Shown piece by piece: positions 37,963 to 47,771 of a DNA stretch of 64,000 nt. The position numbers and the translations under genes were made by a program. Source of the DNA: a virus (Duplodnaviria > Caudoviricetes); the IMG/VR virus record IMGVR_UViG_3300037631_006232, positions 83,117 to 147,116 of that record; one strand, 5' to 3'. Within the stretch, counting starts at the first letter, position 1. The number at the start of each line of letters is the position of its first letter. The notes below the pieces were generated by a model that worked only from the letters and a program-made list of their open reading frames with translations, searched no databases and was not told where the DNA came from.

Positions 37963-38365
37963 TTAGAGCTCTAGCGCCGGCTTGACCGTGGTAGGTCCGT
38001 ACGGAGGACTCCGTACACTCTTTACGGATTAATCCGTTTCTTACTAGCGTTGTTTGTAGCTCAAAGAGCTCTTCCCAGGTTAGCTCGCTTACGCGTTGAT
38101 AATGGTGCTGGGTCCATCTTCTAAGGGATATAGGATGTAGGTCTCTATTAGGCTCAACCTCTTCAGGTTTTGCTATTAGGATAGTCTCTACTGCTGCAGT
38201 AGGTGCGGGTGTAGTTGTAGCTTGAACAGCTAGAGCTACTGGTTCGTCATCTATGTGACATTCTAGCTGCGTAACAACATCTACTACAAGATTTGCGTCT
38301 GTAGTAGTGAGTGTAAGATTAGTGCCATTAGCGTCATTAGTATATGTGATTGTAAACATCTTCAT
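37952..38365 (-). CDS. hypothetical protein
   Basis: operon. Confidence 0.5.
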   Translation of the reverse strand: MKMFTITYTNDANGTNLTLTTTDANLVVDVVTQLECHIDDEPVALAVQATTTPAPTAAVETILIAKPEEVEPNRDLHPISLRRWTQHHYQRVSELTWEELFELQTTLVRNGLIRKECTESSVRTYHGQAGARALSES

Positions 38366-38371
38366 AGGGAT

Positions 38372-39298
38372 TTAACCTTTCAGGTATTTTAAGAGCGCTA
38401 GCTCTTTCTGTTTTGATTCTAGTACGATATCTAGGTCCATAGCAGGTAGAGGCATTGTTTTGTAATACCAATCCGTATGGGCTGCTAGTTTAGAAGTAGG
38501 GTCTTCCCACTCTTTTCTGGAATTACTCCAGTGACAAGTGGGAACTATGTTACCCCAGGTAGAGGTAGCACGTAGGAAGTCTTCTTGGTAAGTACCGGAC
38601 TTAGCGCCGACTTCCCAGTGGTGCCCGTCGAACACGGTTGCTACACCGAATTCTTCGTACACCTTGTAGAGATCAGCTACACTGTAGAGTGACTCTTTGT
38701 CGTCATTCTCTAAAGTAAACCGACTAGTAGCGGCAGCGTTAAGTTTGGGGAAGTTAATGCTAAAACGTTTCATAGCTGCTGCTTTGTCTCCGTACATCCC
38801 ACCCATGTGAATGTTAATTTTAGCCTGCCTAGATTGTGGTTGGCCTAGCCAATCCATAACTTCACTGTGAGCTTCTAGCTCTCGTATAGTGTTTTTAATC
38901 ACCCGAGGGTTCTCACTAGTAAAATTGTTGTAGGGCCCCGGATGGAAGCTCACTCTCATACCAGTGCGGTTGATTAGAGCACCACATTCTTCCATAAGCG
39001 GTCTAATGTCAGACCACTGAGGAAGTTCAGGAAGTGAGTACTCAGTCATCCAGGGAAATAGCCTTGAACTCAGCCGGTATACATAGATACCTTGTGTAAG
39101 ATTCCAGTTAAGGATCTCTAGCATACCTTGCATGTTTAGTAAGGCACGCTCACCGCATACGGTAAGCCCTTCTTCAGCTAGGGTCTTGTATTGCAGACCT
39201 CTATTGCAGGTAATGCCCTGCTCCTTGAGCGTCTCATTAATACAGGCGTAGCCGTAGCGTTGCTTAGGGCGCATAGAATACAGTACTGGTGTAGGCAA
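38372..39298 (-). CDS. uvsE: UV damage endonuclease (UvdE/UvsE family)
   Basis: GYACIN, YRLSS.LFP, R.SFHPG, INIH.GG.YG.K, LENDDK, FD.HH, E.K.KELAL motifs. Confidence 0.92.
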   Translation of the reverse strand: MPTPVLYSMRPKQRYGYACINETLKEQGITCNRGLQYKTLAEEGLTVCGERALLNMQGMLEILNWNLTQGIYVYRLSSRLFPWMTEYSLPELPQWSDIRPLMEECGALINRTGMRVSFHPGPYNNFTSENPRVIKNTIRELEAHSEVMDWLGQPQSRQAKINIHMGGMYGDKAAAMKRFSINFPKLNAAATSRFTLENDDKESLYSVADLYKVYEEFGVATVFDGHHWEVGAKSGTYQEDFLRATSTWGNIVPTCHWSNSRKEWEDPTSKLAAHTDWYYKTMPLPAMDLDIVLESKQKELALLKYLKG

Positions 39299-39635
39299 AT
39301 CCAGATGCCAACATCCATTTAGAAAAGTGAAGTTCTGTGTGGAATTTTTTAGACACTAATTTGCCTATGTGAAGCATAAACTCCTCCATACTAGCAAAGT
39401 ACGCAGTAATAGCGGGTTCGTTTACATCTAGCTTGTACTCGTACTCTATGATTTTCCCTAGATCCTCTTTAGGCCCTGATCTGACAATAGCCCTAGCGGC
39501 CATAGCCGTAACATCTACTTGTAAAGAGATCAGGTGCTGCATACTCGCATTAAGTTCTCGTAGCTCTCTCACTAGAGCGGGGAAGTCCCGCTCGTAGTGT
39601 TGGCGTCCTAGATTAGTCTCGTGGAATCTAACCAC
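39264..39635 (-). CDS. hypothetical protein
   Basis: FHET.LGR..YE...P.LVREL..LN N-terminus. Confidence 0.5.
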   Translation of the reverse strand: MVRFHETNLGRQHYERDFPALVRELRELNASMQHLISLQVDVTAMAARAIVRSGPKEDLGKIIEYEYKLDVNEPAITAYFASMEEFMLHIGKLVSKKFHTELHFSKWMLASGFAYTSTVFYAP

Positions 39636-39637
39636 TA

Positions 39638-39904
39638 TTATTTCACCAACTTTACTTTAATTACGGAAGGTGTGATAGCGTAGTCCCCATGGTACTTTAC
39701 ACGAAGTACTTGTAGAAGCTCTTCACCAAGCTTTGGAATATTTTCATCTTCCATTACCTCTTCTAGTATTTCTTTTATAAAATTTTTTGCTTCCTCTAGT
39801 GTACCAAACACTTGAGTTTGAGGCTCATCATGGTAGTCCATTTCAACCTGAGCTAGATAGGTTGTGATTTCAGTATATCTTTCTTGTGGTTTATTTTTGT
39901 CCAT
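39638..39904 (-). CDS. hypothetical protein
   Basis: operon. Confidence 0.5.
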   Translation of the reverse strand: MDKNKPQERYTEITTYLAQVEMDYHDEPQTQVFGTLEEAKNFIKEILEEVMEDENIPKLGEELLQVLRVKYHGDYAITPSVIKVKLVK

Positions 39905-40088
39905 GTTTATTTTTCTTTCTTTTAGATTTGACTCCCCACTCGGAGAATCTATTGTATAGCGTAGCGTCGGAGACTCTGAGGTCTCTTGAAATTTCTATTA
40001 CAGATTCTCCTAGAGTGAAGTATCTGTGTAGAATTTCTTTTTTATCTAGCGGTATATAGCCCGACCCGAGCTTTCTACCTCTAGGCAT
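39891..40088 (-). CDS. helix-turn-helix protein
   Basis: GESVIEISRDLRVSDATLYNRF. Confidence 0.7.
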   Translation of the reverse strand: MPRGRKLGSGYIPLDKKEILHRYFTLGESVIEISRDLRVSDATLYNRFSEWGVKSKRKKNKHGQK

Positions 40089-40596
40089 CTGTTTGCCACT
40101 TTTTGATGCTTACTAGAATGTCTCCTTCTAGATTATTTTCTAGTATAACTTTTTTTACGAAGTTGCTAGCTTCTGTCCTAGTAGGGCTTATTCCCGAGTA
40201 AGTAGTAGAGGTAGCTTTAGGCGTTATAGCCACTATGTAGCAAAGCCGAGCCCTTACAGCATTGGGTTGCCTGTTTAAAGGTACCTTTAGTTTATTTAGG
40301 TACTTAAACACGTCGGTAGCACTAATGTCTAGTGCTTGACCGATGTCCTGGGTTCGAACTCCTTGATGGTATAAGGTTGTTAACCTTTCCACAAACACAG
40401 GATCAGATAGCTTAGTAGAGGGCGCGCCTCTTGACCTACCTTGAGTAGGTACTCCATGTCTTTTCAAGATGGAATACAAGACATTTTTGTAAGAAAGTCC
40501 TGCTTCCTTACAGATATCGTCAACAGGAGTGCCTGCTTGGTATAGCCGGCACACCTCTTCTTCTGAAATTAGTATCTTTATTCTTTTTCTACCCAA
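40081..40596 (-). CDS. tandem helix-turn-helix protein
   Basis: LYQAG.PVDDICKEAGLS and LYHQG.RTQDIGQALDIS repeats. Confidence 0.65.
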   Translation of the reverse strand: MGRKRIKILISEEEVCRLYQAGTPVDDICKEAGLSYKNVLYSILKRHGVPTQGRSRGAPSTKLSDPVFVERLTTLYHQGVRTQDIGQALDISATDVFKYLNKLKVPLNRQPNAVRARLCYIVAITPKATSTTYSGISPTRTEASNFVKKVILENNLEGDILVSIKKWQTDA

Positions 40597-40985
40597 TCTT
40601 CTAGCTCCTTTCTGGAAATTATTTCACCCTCAAGAATGTAGGTTGCACACTCTTCGGGGCATTCTTTATAATCTAGGGGCGTAGTTTCAACTCTAGCGCC
40701 TGTAGGTAGAGCACCTTCCCAGTAGAATTGGTCGTCCCATGTTTCGTGGAGTTTCCAGGTGATCTTGCTGAGAGGTCTAAAAGGTTTTAGCCCTTTAGCT
40801 AAATTCTTGCGTTCCGTAGTTGTGATCTCACGGAAGTAAAGAAACTCTAGGTTGTCTGTGTAGACCGCCTGGTACCTCTTGGTTTTTTTACCAAGTTGGG
40901 ACCTAACTAAGACGCAAGGCGCTTTGCTGCTTAAGGATACAATCTCTGAATTAGGAGGTATACCCGTAAGGTGTGTTTTATTCAT
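40578..40985 (-). CDS. hypothetical protein
   Basis: AGGAG RBS. Confidence 0.5.
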   Translation of the reverse strand: MNKTHLTGIPPNSEIVSLSSKAPCVLVRSQLGKKTKRYQAVYTDNLEFLYFREITTTERKNLAKGLKPFRPLSKITWKLHETWDDQFYWEGALPTGARVETTPLDYKECPEECATYILEGEIISRKELEDWVEKE

Positions 40986-41022
40986 AACACTCCTTTGAAA
41001 TTAGACTGTTAGGAGCATAGTC

Positions 41023-41343
41023 TTATACCACATTATCACTATTTTTTTCGTGCTTGGACATCTCTGCTTCTGCTTCCTTAGCTACCTGCAATCCTAGTTG
41101 ATCAGCTTTCCAAAAGAACCTAGGTTTCGTAGCTGCCCACAAAACTATTTTTGATATTTCTAGGCAGTAACTAGTGTCTTCTGCTATTAGGTTCATAGCT
41201 TTAAAATAAGTAACTGTAGAACCTTCTGTTTCTATTATAAAAATACCAGTGTCCGCATCGTATATAGGTACGGGTATACTATGACCTCGAAGTACTTGGT
41301 AAGCAGCGTATACCCTAGCTAAAAATCTACTAATATAAGACAT
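41023..41343 (-). CDS. hypothetical protein
   Basis: GGAGG RBS. Confidence 0.5.
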   Translation of the reverse strand: MSYISRFLARVYAAYQVLRGHSIPVPIYDADTGIFIIETEGSTVTYFKAMNLIAEDTSYCLEISKIVLWAATKPRFFWKADQLGLQVAKEAEAEMSKHEKNSDNVV

Positions 41344-41352
41344 ACGATCCTC

Positions 41353-41715
41353 CTAGTGAATAGTGATAAGATTATTATCAATACTAGCTCTGTATAGAGC
41401 TTCTGCCACTTTTTTTCTGAGAGCTAAAAGAAAGTCTGCAAGCAAATCTTTTAAGCACAGCTTATTAAGCTGCACTACGTTAGTTAGTTGCAAACATATT
41501 TCTATATCCTCTAAAGTTAAGTCTAATGTCTCTAGTACTCTAAAAGCTGCGTAGCCTTCAGTTAAAGCTCTTATAGATTCTTCATAACACTTATTAGACG
41601 TAGCCCACTCTCTCAGATGTGCTACTGTTAAATCAACGTATACGTAACGAACACCCACTATATGCTCTAGTTCTGGCATCAGCTCTATCTCTAACTCTGC
41701 ATGTATAGAATCCAT
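41353..41715 (-). CDS. hypothetical protein
   Basis: operon. Confidence 0.5.
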   Translation of the reverse strand: MDSIHAELEIELMPELEHIVGVRYVYVDLTVAHLREWATSNKCYEESIRALTEGYAAFRVLETLDLTLEDIEICLQLTNVVQLNKLCLKDLLADFLLALRKKVAEALYRASIDNNLITIH

Positions 41716-42767
41716 TTGTTCTTCTCTTTGGGTGAATACTGTAATGTGAAAGTATTAGCATACTCTAAGAAGAAATGGAACTCAGGCAATTCAGGGCCAT
41801 CAAAATGATCAAACCAATAAGAAGGCTTTACCTTTATTTTATCAGGTACGCCGGTTTTAAGATTAGTACGGTACACGCTTTTAGTAGAATCCATAAAACC
41901 TTCCCCATTTTGGTTTTTTAATATACTTCTTTTCACCCAAAACAGGTCGCCTTCCTGATTTTCCATAACCAGTTTTCGGTAATCTTCTCTAGTCTCAGGA
42001 CCTTTCATAAAACCTAGCCTATTCATGTTTTGCTTAATATCAAAATAATCGGAATAAGGGTTTAATATAAGCCCTAGAATAACCGCTAGGGTTTTTCCTA
42101 AGCGCATTGTGAGGGTAGTGCCCCACCTAAGTAGAGAGATGCCGGGACTTGATTGAGGTAAATCACAGCCCCAACTGCGTATTGTAGTGTAATAGACTTC
42201 AGAGTTGTAACCCACTACGTCTCGAGTATATTGCCCGGCTTCTATCTCATCTTGTAGAGTCAGTCCATATACTAAGAAGGTCAATTCTTTTATGCGCTGT
42301 ATAGCTTGCTTCCTAGTTTTAGCTTTGGGTTTCTTTCTAATAGTTACTAAACCCGCGGGCTGGGTCGTAGGTAGTACTTGGTACGGCCCGAAAGAGCCTC
42401 CTCCGGAGTCGGCGAGGGATTTTATCCGGCTTACTAGCAGTTTAATTACGACATCTATATCTCTTTTAGAAAGCTTATTTCTAACACTGTCTAAAGTTAG
42501 GGGGGCTTTTTCTTTAAACCCCCAAGGCAAGGTATGTAGAGGGTCTGTATTTGTTATGGCGGTGTGATATGCTTTTAATACATCTGTATTAGCATAGTAA
42601 CTAGTTATATAAGCAAGTCTAGGTAGTGTATCTCTTTTATATAGTAACATGTGTCCTATTCTGGGAAGTAAAACGTTGAACAAGTATCTTTTATCTGAGG
42701 GTAAGGGTTGGTATAGTCCTGAGACAGGCAGAAAGCGCCTTCTAGTTCTAGAAAAGAACTTACCCAA
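41691..42767 (-). CDS. hypothetical protein, 358 aa (start uncertain)
   Basis: long ORF in operon. Confidence 0.5.
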   Translation of the reverse strand: MGKFFSRTRRRFLPVSGLYQPLPSDKRYLFNVLLPRIGHMLLYKRDTLPRLAYITSYYANTDVLKAYHTAITNTDPLHTLPWGFKEKAPLTLDSVRNKLSKRDIDVVIKLLVSRIKSLADSGGGSFGPYQVLPTTQPAGLVTIRKKPKAKTRKQAIQRIKELTFLVYGLTLQDEIEAGQYTRDVVGYNSEVYYTTIRSWGCDLPQSSPGISLLRWGTTLTMRLGKTLAVILGLILNPYSDYFDIKQNMNRLGFMKGPETREDYRKLVMENQEGDLFWVKRSILKNQNGEGFMDSTKSVYRTNLKTGVPDKIKVKPSYWFDHFDGPELPEFHFFLEYANTFTLQYSPKEKNKWILYMQS

Positions 42768-43030
42768 GACTCTTTACCGTCTAGTACTAAAAACAGCTGC
42801 GAGAGAGGCATTTTGTGCACTACTAACTCGCCTATACTGGTACTTAAGTGAAGATCAGAAGCCTTAAGAACTTCTATCCTATCTTCTAGGCTTAGTAACG
42901 GGTGTTTATCAAATATATCGAGACTTTTAGAGTAAGTCTCGTAATCATAAGCACCTGGGCACTTAATTAACTGTTGTAGGAGGGCAGCCCGGCTTAAGCC
43001 GGCCGCTTTTTGGGCGTTTAAAGAAGACAT
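42656..43030 (-). CDS. hypothetical protein (start uncertain)
   Basis: fills the gap between neighbours but overlaps both. Confidence 0.35.
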   Translation of the reverse strand: MSSLNAQKAAGLSRAALLQQLIKCPGAYDYETYSKSLDIFDKHPLLSLEDRIEVLKASDLHLSTSIGELVVHKMPLSQLFLVLDGKESWVSSFLELEGAFCLSQDYTNPYPQIKDTCSTFYFPE

Positions 43031-43472
43031 GATTTACCTCACTCGAAAAAACTGGTCTTAATCCAGTCCATTCCCACACTTGTTGGATAGTGTAACCCCG
43101 ACAGCGTCTGTGTTTAGCAGTTAATCGTTTCTTTGTTGCGTAATGTGTAACTAATTTATTATTAAGAACGGACTCCTTAGCTCTAATATCTCCTAGAAGA
43201 GTGGTTAAAGCAAGCGAATAGTGAAAGTTTCGCAGCCATTTAGCTTTTTTTCCCGTACACACACGGTAATTAAACTGGTAAGGACGAGTAGCTTCTACTA
43301 CTATACTAGTTTTTCTTAGTTCCGCTCTGTTTCTTACTACTCTCAGCACTCTAGCGGCTTCTTTTCTAGACCAGCCCGCCTCGGAACAGGCTAAGCGAGC
43401 TAGAAGTTGTTGGTGTTCTAGTATTTCGAAAGGCAGTAGAGCAGGTAGTAGTAAGAATAAACTTAGTATCAT
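42963..43472 (-). CDS. SleB/Hydrolase_2-like cell wall hydrolase
   Basis: signal/TM, LARLACSEAG (catalytic Glu), V.RVV.NR, PYQF and H.FF motifs. Confidence 0.7.
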   Translation of the reverse strand: MILSLFLLLPALLPFEILEHQQLLARLACSEAGWSRKEAARVLRVVRNRAELRKTSIVVEATRPYQFNYRVCTGKKAKWLRNFHYSLALTTLLGDIRAKESVLNNKLVTHYATKKRLTAKHRRCRGYTIQQVWEWTGLRPVFSSEVNHVFFKRPKSGRLKPGCPPTTVN

Positions 43473-43708
43473 GGTACTGAGTGTACTCTATCGGGGCTTT
43501 CGAACGCATGGTTACAGCTAGGGCAGGTTATGTTAACCTCTCCCGGTAGAACCTCGATCTCTTCGATGCTGAAATTCACAAAGCCTCCTTGTTCTACGTC
43601 TATGCTTTTTACTTTACTATGTACTAGGTTCTCAGAAGAAGCCCTATAGTACTCTATTGTCTGGCCTTTAAGTGGTTTATAACCAGAAACTTTAAAAATT
43701 TTACTCAT
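43469..43708 (-). CDS. small protein with CxxC
   Basis: TCPSCNHAF. Confidence 0.5.
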   Translation of the reverse strand: MSKIFKVSGYKPLKGQTIEYYRASSENLVHSKVKSIDVEQGGFVNFSIEEIEVLPGEVNITCPSCNHAFESPDRVHSVP

Positions 43709-43711
43709 ATC

Positions 43712-44062
43712 TTAATCCTCATCGGGAAAGGGGGTTAAAAAGGTCATTAGCCAACGAGTTTTTCCGACTCTTTGAGCTATGTACCAGGTAGAATAGTGGC
43801 AATCCTCAAGCTGCCTCTCAGATGCTAGGTCACTAGGTACCCAAAATAGGCCTTCTTGGGATATTTGTAACTTGGAACCATCTTTGAACACAAAAAAATT
43901 GTGAACTGCGTTAGGATTCTTAGTAGAGAAGTACTTCTGGAAAGCATCTAGTACTACCCAAGACTGGGGGTTATCGTCGTGAGCCCTAATCCTAGCTAAC
44001 AAAGCAGTCTCTACAGAAGAATCTCTTAGGATAGAATGTAAATTTTTCCTCCAATGCAACAT
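43712..44062 (-). CDS. hypothetical protein, first gene of - strand operon
   Basis: GGAG RBS; promoter motif immediately upstream. Confidence 0.55.
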   Translation of the reverse strand: MLHWRKNLHSILRDSSVETALLARIRAHDDNPQSWVVLDAFQKYFSTKNPNAVHNFFVFKDGSKLQISQEGLFWVPSDLASERQLEDCHYSTWYIAQRVGKTRWLMTFLTPFPDED

Positions 44063-44078
44063 AAATAGTCTCCGCAGG

Positions 44079-44110
44079 TACTTATGACAGAAAAAAGCTA
44101 GTTATTGCAT
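44079..44110 (-). promoter_or_regulatory. promoter motif variant upstream of the 44062-35716 operon
   Basis: TACTTATGACA...ATTGCA. Confidence 0.55.
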
Positions 44111-44260
44111 ATCTTAGCTATAGAGCTAAGTCAATATTTATTTACTTAGCCATATTTTGTAACGAAAATACCACTTTATTTGCAAATGGGATTTAATTTA
44201 CATAATTTTGCAACTATACTATGTGTTACTTAACACTTTTATGCCACGAAGCTAATATAA

Positions 44261-44743
44261 ATTTGCACTTTGCCGTTAACAGGTAGTTAGCTACGTAGCT
44301 AACTTAAGGTCCTTTATTAAGATTTCTTCTGTAAAACCAGTACTTTACTAAAAAACCTATACAAAAGTTCAGTAGTATCTAAATCGTTAATAATACTTAT
44401 ATATAGGAAACTTAAAAAAGTAAAGTATGTATATAATGCAATAGTTACATATTTACTACATCTTTATTAACACCCAATATTTTTTTTTCTATATATAGAG
44501 ATGTGTTTTTTATTTTTCGTAAAAAACCGACATCTTGCTTTTGCTAACTTATAAACCCTTGATTTAATTACATAAAAAAAAAGTTAGCTACGAAGGGCTT
44601 TTTAGTTAGCCCTAGAGCTAACTCCTAAGTGCTGGATTTATATACGTATTTTACTTAGTAAAAACTCTGAGTTAGCTACGTAGTTAAGAAAAAGGCTCGA
44701 GTTAGCCCTAGAGCTAACTTCGGTTTTACGGCAAAGTGCAAAT
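44261..44743. repeat. composite inverted repeat with iterated AGTTAGC-N6-GCTAACT palindromes
   Basis: arms 44261-44304 and 44700-44743 (16-bp perfect IR, 8-bp spacer, 20-bp palindrome); extra full or partial palindromes at 44582, 44604 and 44670. Confidence 0.8.
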
Positions 44744-45130
44744 CTCTATGTTATTTGCTACATAACTGCGCATCAAAGTGCCAATAATGTTATAGACGTG
44801 TTACGAAATTTTGTTAAGATTGTTATAGTTAATTTAACATATGCTGTATATTAGCTATAATAATTTGTTCACTATGTAATATTACTAATAGACATTGGCA
44901 TCTTTTTGCAAATTAACTAATAGAAGTATTGACATAAAAGCAGGGTTAGTGCAAATTAACTAATATACATTTGCACTAATTGTTGCATAAAATGTTATAG
45001 CCGTTGGCATTGGGTGTAAATTTACTACAACAATTTGTACACTGAGTTGCTTGGTTCTTTAATATAAAAGACACTTTTCTGTCATAAGTAGATGCTCCTC
45101 TTACCATAATTTCAAACCTAAGGAGGTTAT

Positions 45131-45979
45131 ATGTCTCGTAGAGCAAACGTGATTCACTACACAAGGGTATCCCACATACCTAATTTACTAGAAGCCTATA
45201 GATACTTTAATAGATTAACTATAGCTAACCTAAGCGCAGAGCTAGGAATGAGCTATCATACTATTAGACGTCTATGTAAAGCTACTCGAGTTCCGCAAAC
45301 TAGAACCTTTGAAACCTTGGTACACAAACATAGTTTCTTAGATAAGGCCAACTGGATTCGGTGGTCTAGTAAGCGAGCTAAGTGCGAAAACTTAGAAGAA
45401 GGCAGTGATATACACACACTACTAAAGCTAGAGGACGAGTTACGTAACATGTTACCTGCTAAGCAGTATGTTACACCTACTCACTTAATACCTAGAGTAT
45501 CTGAAGCCTTGGCCGTGCAGCTAAAAGATGAGCTAGATAAGAATAGGGCTAGAAGTTTTTATATAAGTGATCTACACTACGAAGGTCTTAGTATGCTTGC
45601 TTTAAAAGCAGGTATGAGTAAGTCTGAGTTTATTAGGCACACTATTGATAGAGAGTTGCAATTAGATAAGGAAGTCTTAGAGACGGTGGTCAATATGTTT
45701 GTAGATCCAGAAAAAGACCCTATAACTTTCATTAAACCCTACGATGAGGTAGAGGTTAAAAGCACAGAAGAGCTTAGTAAGTTAGTTCCTACTGTTCTAC
45801 CGCAGTCCGTGTTGCAGCAATTACATAGTGAAATCCCTGATGTGATTGAGGAAGGAGAAGATCTTCTACCTAGTGACTTAGTACCTGCTTACGCTGCTCC
45901 TTGGACCTCTTCTGTATCAGAAGAAAGTAATCTTTCTGATAGTGAAATTCAAAGTTTATTTGGCAGAGATAAGAATTAA
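45131..45979 (+). CDS. DNA-binding regulator (XRE-like HTH plus ribbon-helix-helix-like region)
   Basis: LTIANLSAELGMSYHTIRRL; RSFYISD..YEGLSMLALKAGMSKSEFIR; AGGAGG RBS. Confidence 0.65.
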   Translation: MSRRANVIHYTRVSHIPNLLEAYRYFNRLTIANLSAELGMSYHTIRRLCKATRVPQTRTFETLVHKHSFLDKANWIRWSSKRAKCENLEEGSDIHTLLKLEDELRNMLPAKQYVTPTHLIPRVSEALAVQLKDELDKNRARSFYISDLHYEGLSMLALKAGMSKSEFIRHTIDRELQLDKEVLETVVNMFVDPEKDPITFIKPYDEVEVKSTEELSKLVPTVLPQSVLQQLHSEIPDVIEEGEDLLPSDLVPAYAAPWTSSVSEESNLSDSEIQSLFGRDKN

Positions 45980-46455
45980 TGAACTTCCCCCAAGTTATCG
46001 CGAGGTATATGACTTCTGCTAAGTCTGATAGATCTAAAGATGACTTGGATTTAGCGGTCTTTGTGCAACAAGTTTTAGAAACAGAAGATAGTTTAGATGA
46101 GCACTGGAGACGTGTCATGAATATGGCCCATAGTTACATAGTAACAAAACACCCTAGAACCAGAGTAAGGTTTAAGAAGACGCTTAATAGCCTTACGGAA
46201 CCTTTCAAAGAAGTAATTCCTACGGTAGTTAAGTCTTTAAAATCACATGAGCAAGCTTACTCTATAGATAGAGAGATGGAGTTGTTTGCTAGGATAAAAG
46301 ATCCTAAACTACTTGTTAAGGATGTATTTTTAGAAGATATTGAATCTAGTCCGGAGGTGGTTACCATTAGTGATGAAGTAACTTACACTCAGGAAAGATA
46401 CAATGAGCACGAACAAAAAATCAGGGACCCGCGCAGATTTCGAAAAGGTTCTTAA
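45979..46455 (+). CDS. hypothetical protein
   Basis: TAATG coupling. Confidence 0.55.
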   Translation: MNFPQVIARYMTSAKSDRSKDDLDLAVFVQQVLETEDSLDEHWRRVMNMAHSYIVTKHPRTRVRFKKTLNSLTEPFKEVIPTVVKSLKSHEQAYSIDREMELFARIKDPKLLVKDVFLEDIESSPEVVTISDEVTYTQERYNEHEQKIRDPRRFRKGS

Positions 46456-47176
46456 TCAGCTGTATACCTCTAGACCTACTAAGTTAGCCTCTATGATGTC
46501 TACTACTAGAATTCCTGGAGCTGCAGGTAATATCGGTAGTAGCCGCTATAGTGCGAATGCTAATTTTTTAGCTCCTAAAACTATGCCTTCTACACCTTTA
46601 CAAAACTCCTCTAACCTTATCGGTGACCAGACTAGATCTTTAAATGAACTACAATCAGACCCTACAAAAGGAACACGCACTATGACCTCTGCTCCGGATA
46701 GGGTTACAGTAGCTAGCGTCAAAGAATCTATGAGTCAGGAAGAAATGTTGAATTACTACGCTTCCTCTGGCCAATTATTAGGAACTCCGGAAGAATCAGT
46801 AAAATCTAAGATGTCCCCTAGAGAAGCCATGGCCTTAGGTGGAATAGGTGCCGCAGGTCTTGCCAGCAGCCGTCTAAGAGGTGACCTAGGAGCCAAGAGC
46901 CAGCTACGTAGTGTGAGAAACCAGTTAATGGATGCTGTAGATAAAGGTGCTATAGATAAAAACCTATTAAAAACTCTTAATAGGGAATTAAATCTAAGAG
47001 GCGCTTCTAAGACGCTTAGTAATGTAACCTCTAGAGGGATTGCTGATGCTCAGTTATTAAAAGCTGAGAAATCCTTATCTAAACACCTAACCAGCCAAAA
47101 TACTAGAGCTCTGCTTCCAATACTAGCAACTACTTTACTAGGTACTGCTGTATATAATAAATTATCTGATAACTAA
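46403..47176 (+). CDS. KLA-leader protein with Gly-zipper and C-terminal hydrophobic helix
   Basis: PTKLA motif; ALGGIGAAGLA. Confidence 0.55.
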   Translation: MSTNKKSGTRADFEKVLNQLYTSRPTKLASMMSTTRIPGAAGNIGSSRYSANANFLAPKTMPSTPLQNSSNLIGDQTRSLNELQSDPTKGTRTMTSAPDRVTVASVKESMSQEEMLNYYASSGQLLGTPEESVKSKMSPREAMALGGIGAAGLASSRLRGDLGAKSQLRSVRNQLMDAVDKGAIDKNLLKTLNRELNLRGASKTLSNVTSRGIADAQLLKAEKSLSKHLTSQNTRALLPILATTLLGTAVYNKLSDN

Positions 47177-47185
47177 GGAGATACC

Positions 47186-47752
47186 ATGAACGAATTTATT
47201 AAAGCTTTCCAAGAAGGACAAGAATCTGCTGTAGCCACCCACTTAGAGAAAAATGCTTCGGCGGCTGACGTAGCTAAAATATTGACAGCACTACGAGATG
47301 TGGGTAGTGACTCTCTGAAAAAGGTTTTACCTTCTATAGCTAAAAATACTAAGGAGGGCGGAAGATTAGCCAAAGCTTTGGCTACTATGTCAGATCCTCG
47401 TAATGCTTTACTTATTGGAGGAGGTGCTTCCGGCCTTGCGTCTTTATTCCCTGGGATAAAAGACTTTAGTGAAGCCTACTATAAAGGAGGAGCTAGTATC
47501 CCTTCGGCTTTATTAGAGGGATTAGAAGGAGCAACTCCTGGATTACTGGGCAGCGCAGGTGCGGCAGTAGCCGCTTCAGCTAACCCTGGTATGATTGGTG
47601 GTTCTATGGGAAATAGAATTACCCATGAACTAGCGATGCAGTCTAGAACACCTAGGGGCTTAATAGCTACTATGGCTACTGTAGCAGGACTACCTGCCGC
47701 CATCTACACCTTTGGTAAAATGAAGGGTAGAGAAGAATCCTCTATTTTTTAA
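47186..47752 (+). CDS. KNA-leader Gly-zipper protein
   Basis: FIKAFQEGQESAVATHLEKNA leader; AGGAG RBS. Confidence 0.6.
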   Translation: MNEFIKAFQEGQESAVATHLEKNASAADVAKILTALRDVGSDSLKKVLPSIAKNTKEGGRLAKALATMSDPRNALLIGGGASGLASLFPGIKDFSEAYYKGGASIPSALLEGLEGATPGLLGSAGAAVAASANPGMIGGSMGNRITHELAMQSRTPRGLIATMATVAGLPAAIYTFGKMKGREESSIF

Positions 47753-47771
47753 GTTAGAAAGGTAGTCTGCA

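Noticed and set aside
44261-44743. Inverted-repeat element as an IS or MITE
   Set aside because: No transposase, no evident target-site duplication and a single copy in the window; kept as an origin/regulatory candidate instead.
44976-45164. 62-aa - strand ORF in the switch region
   Set aside because: Overlaps the RBS and start of 45131, has no RBS of its own, and lies in AT-rich regulatory DNA.
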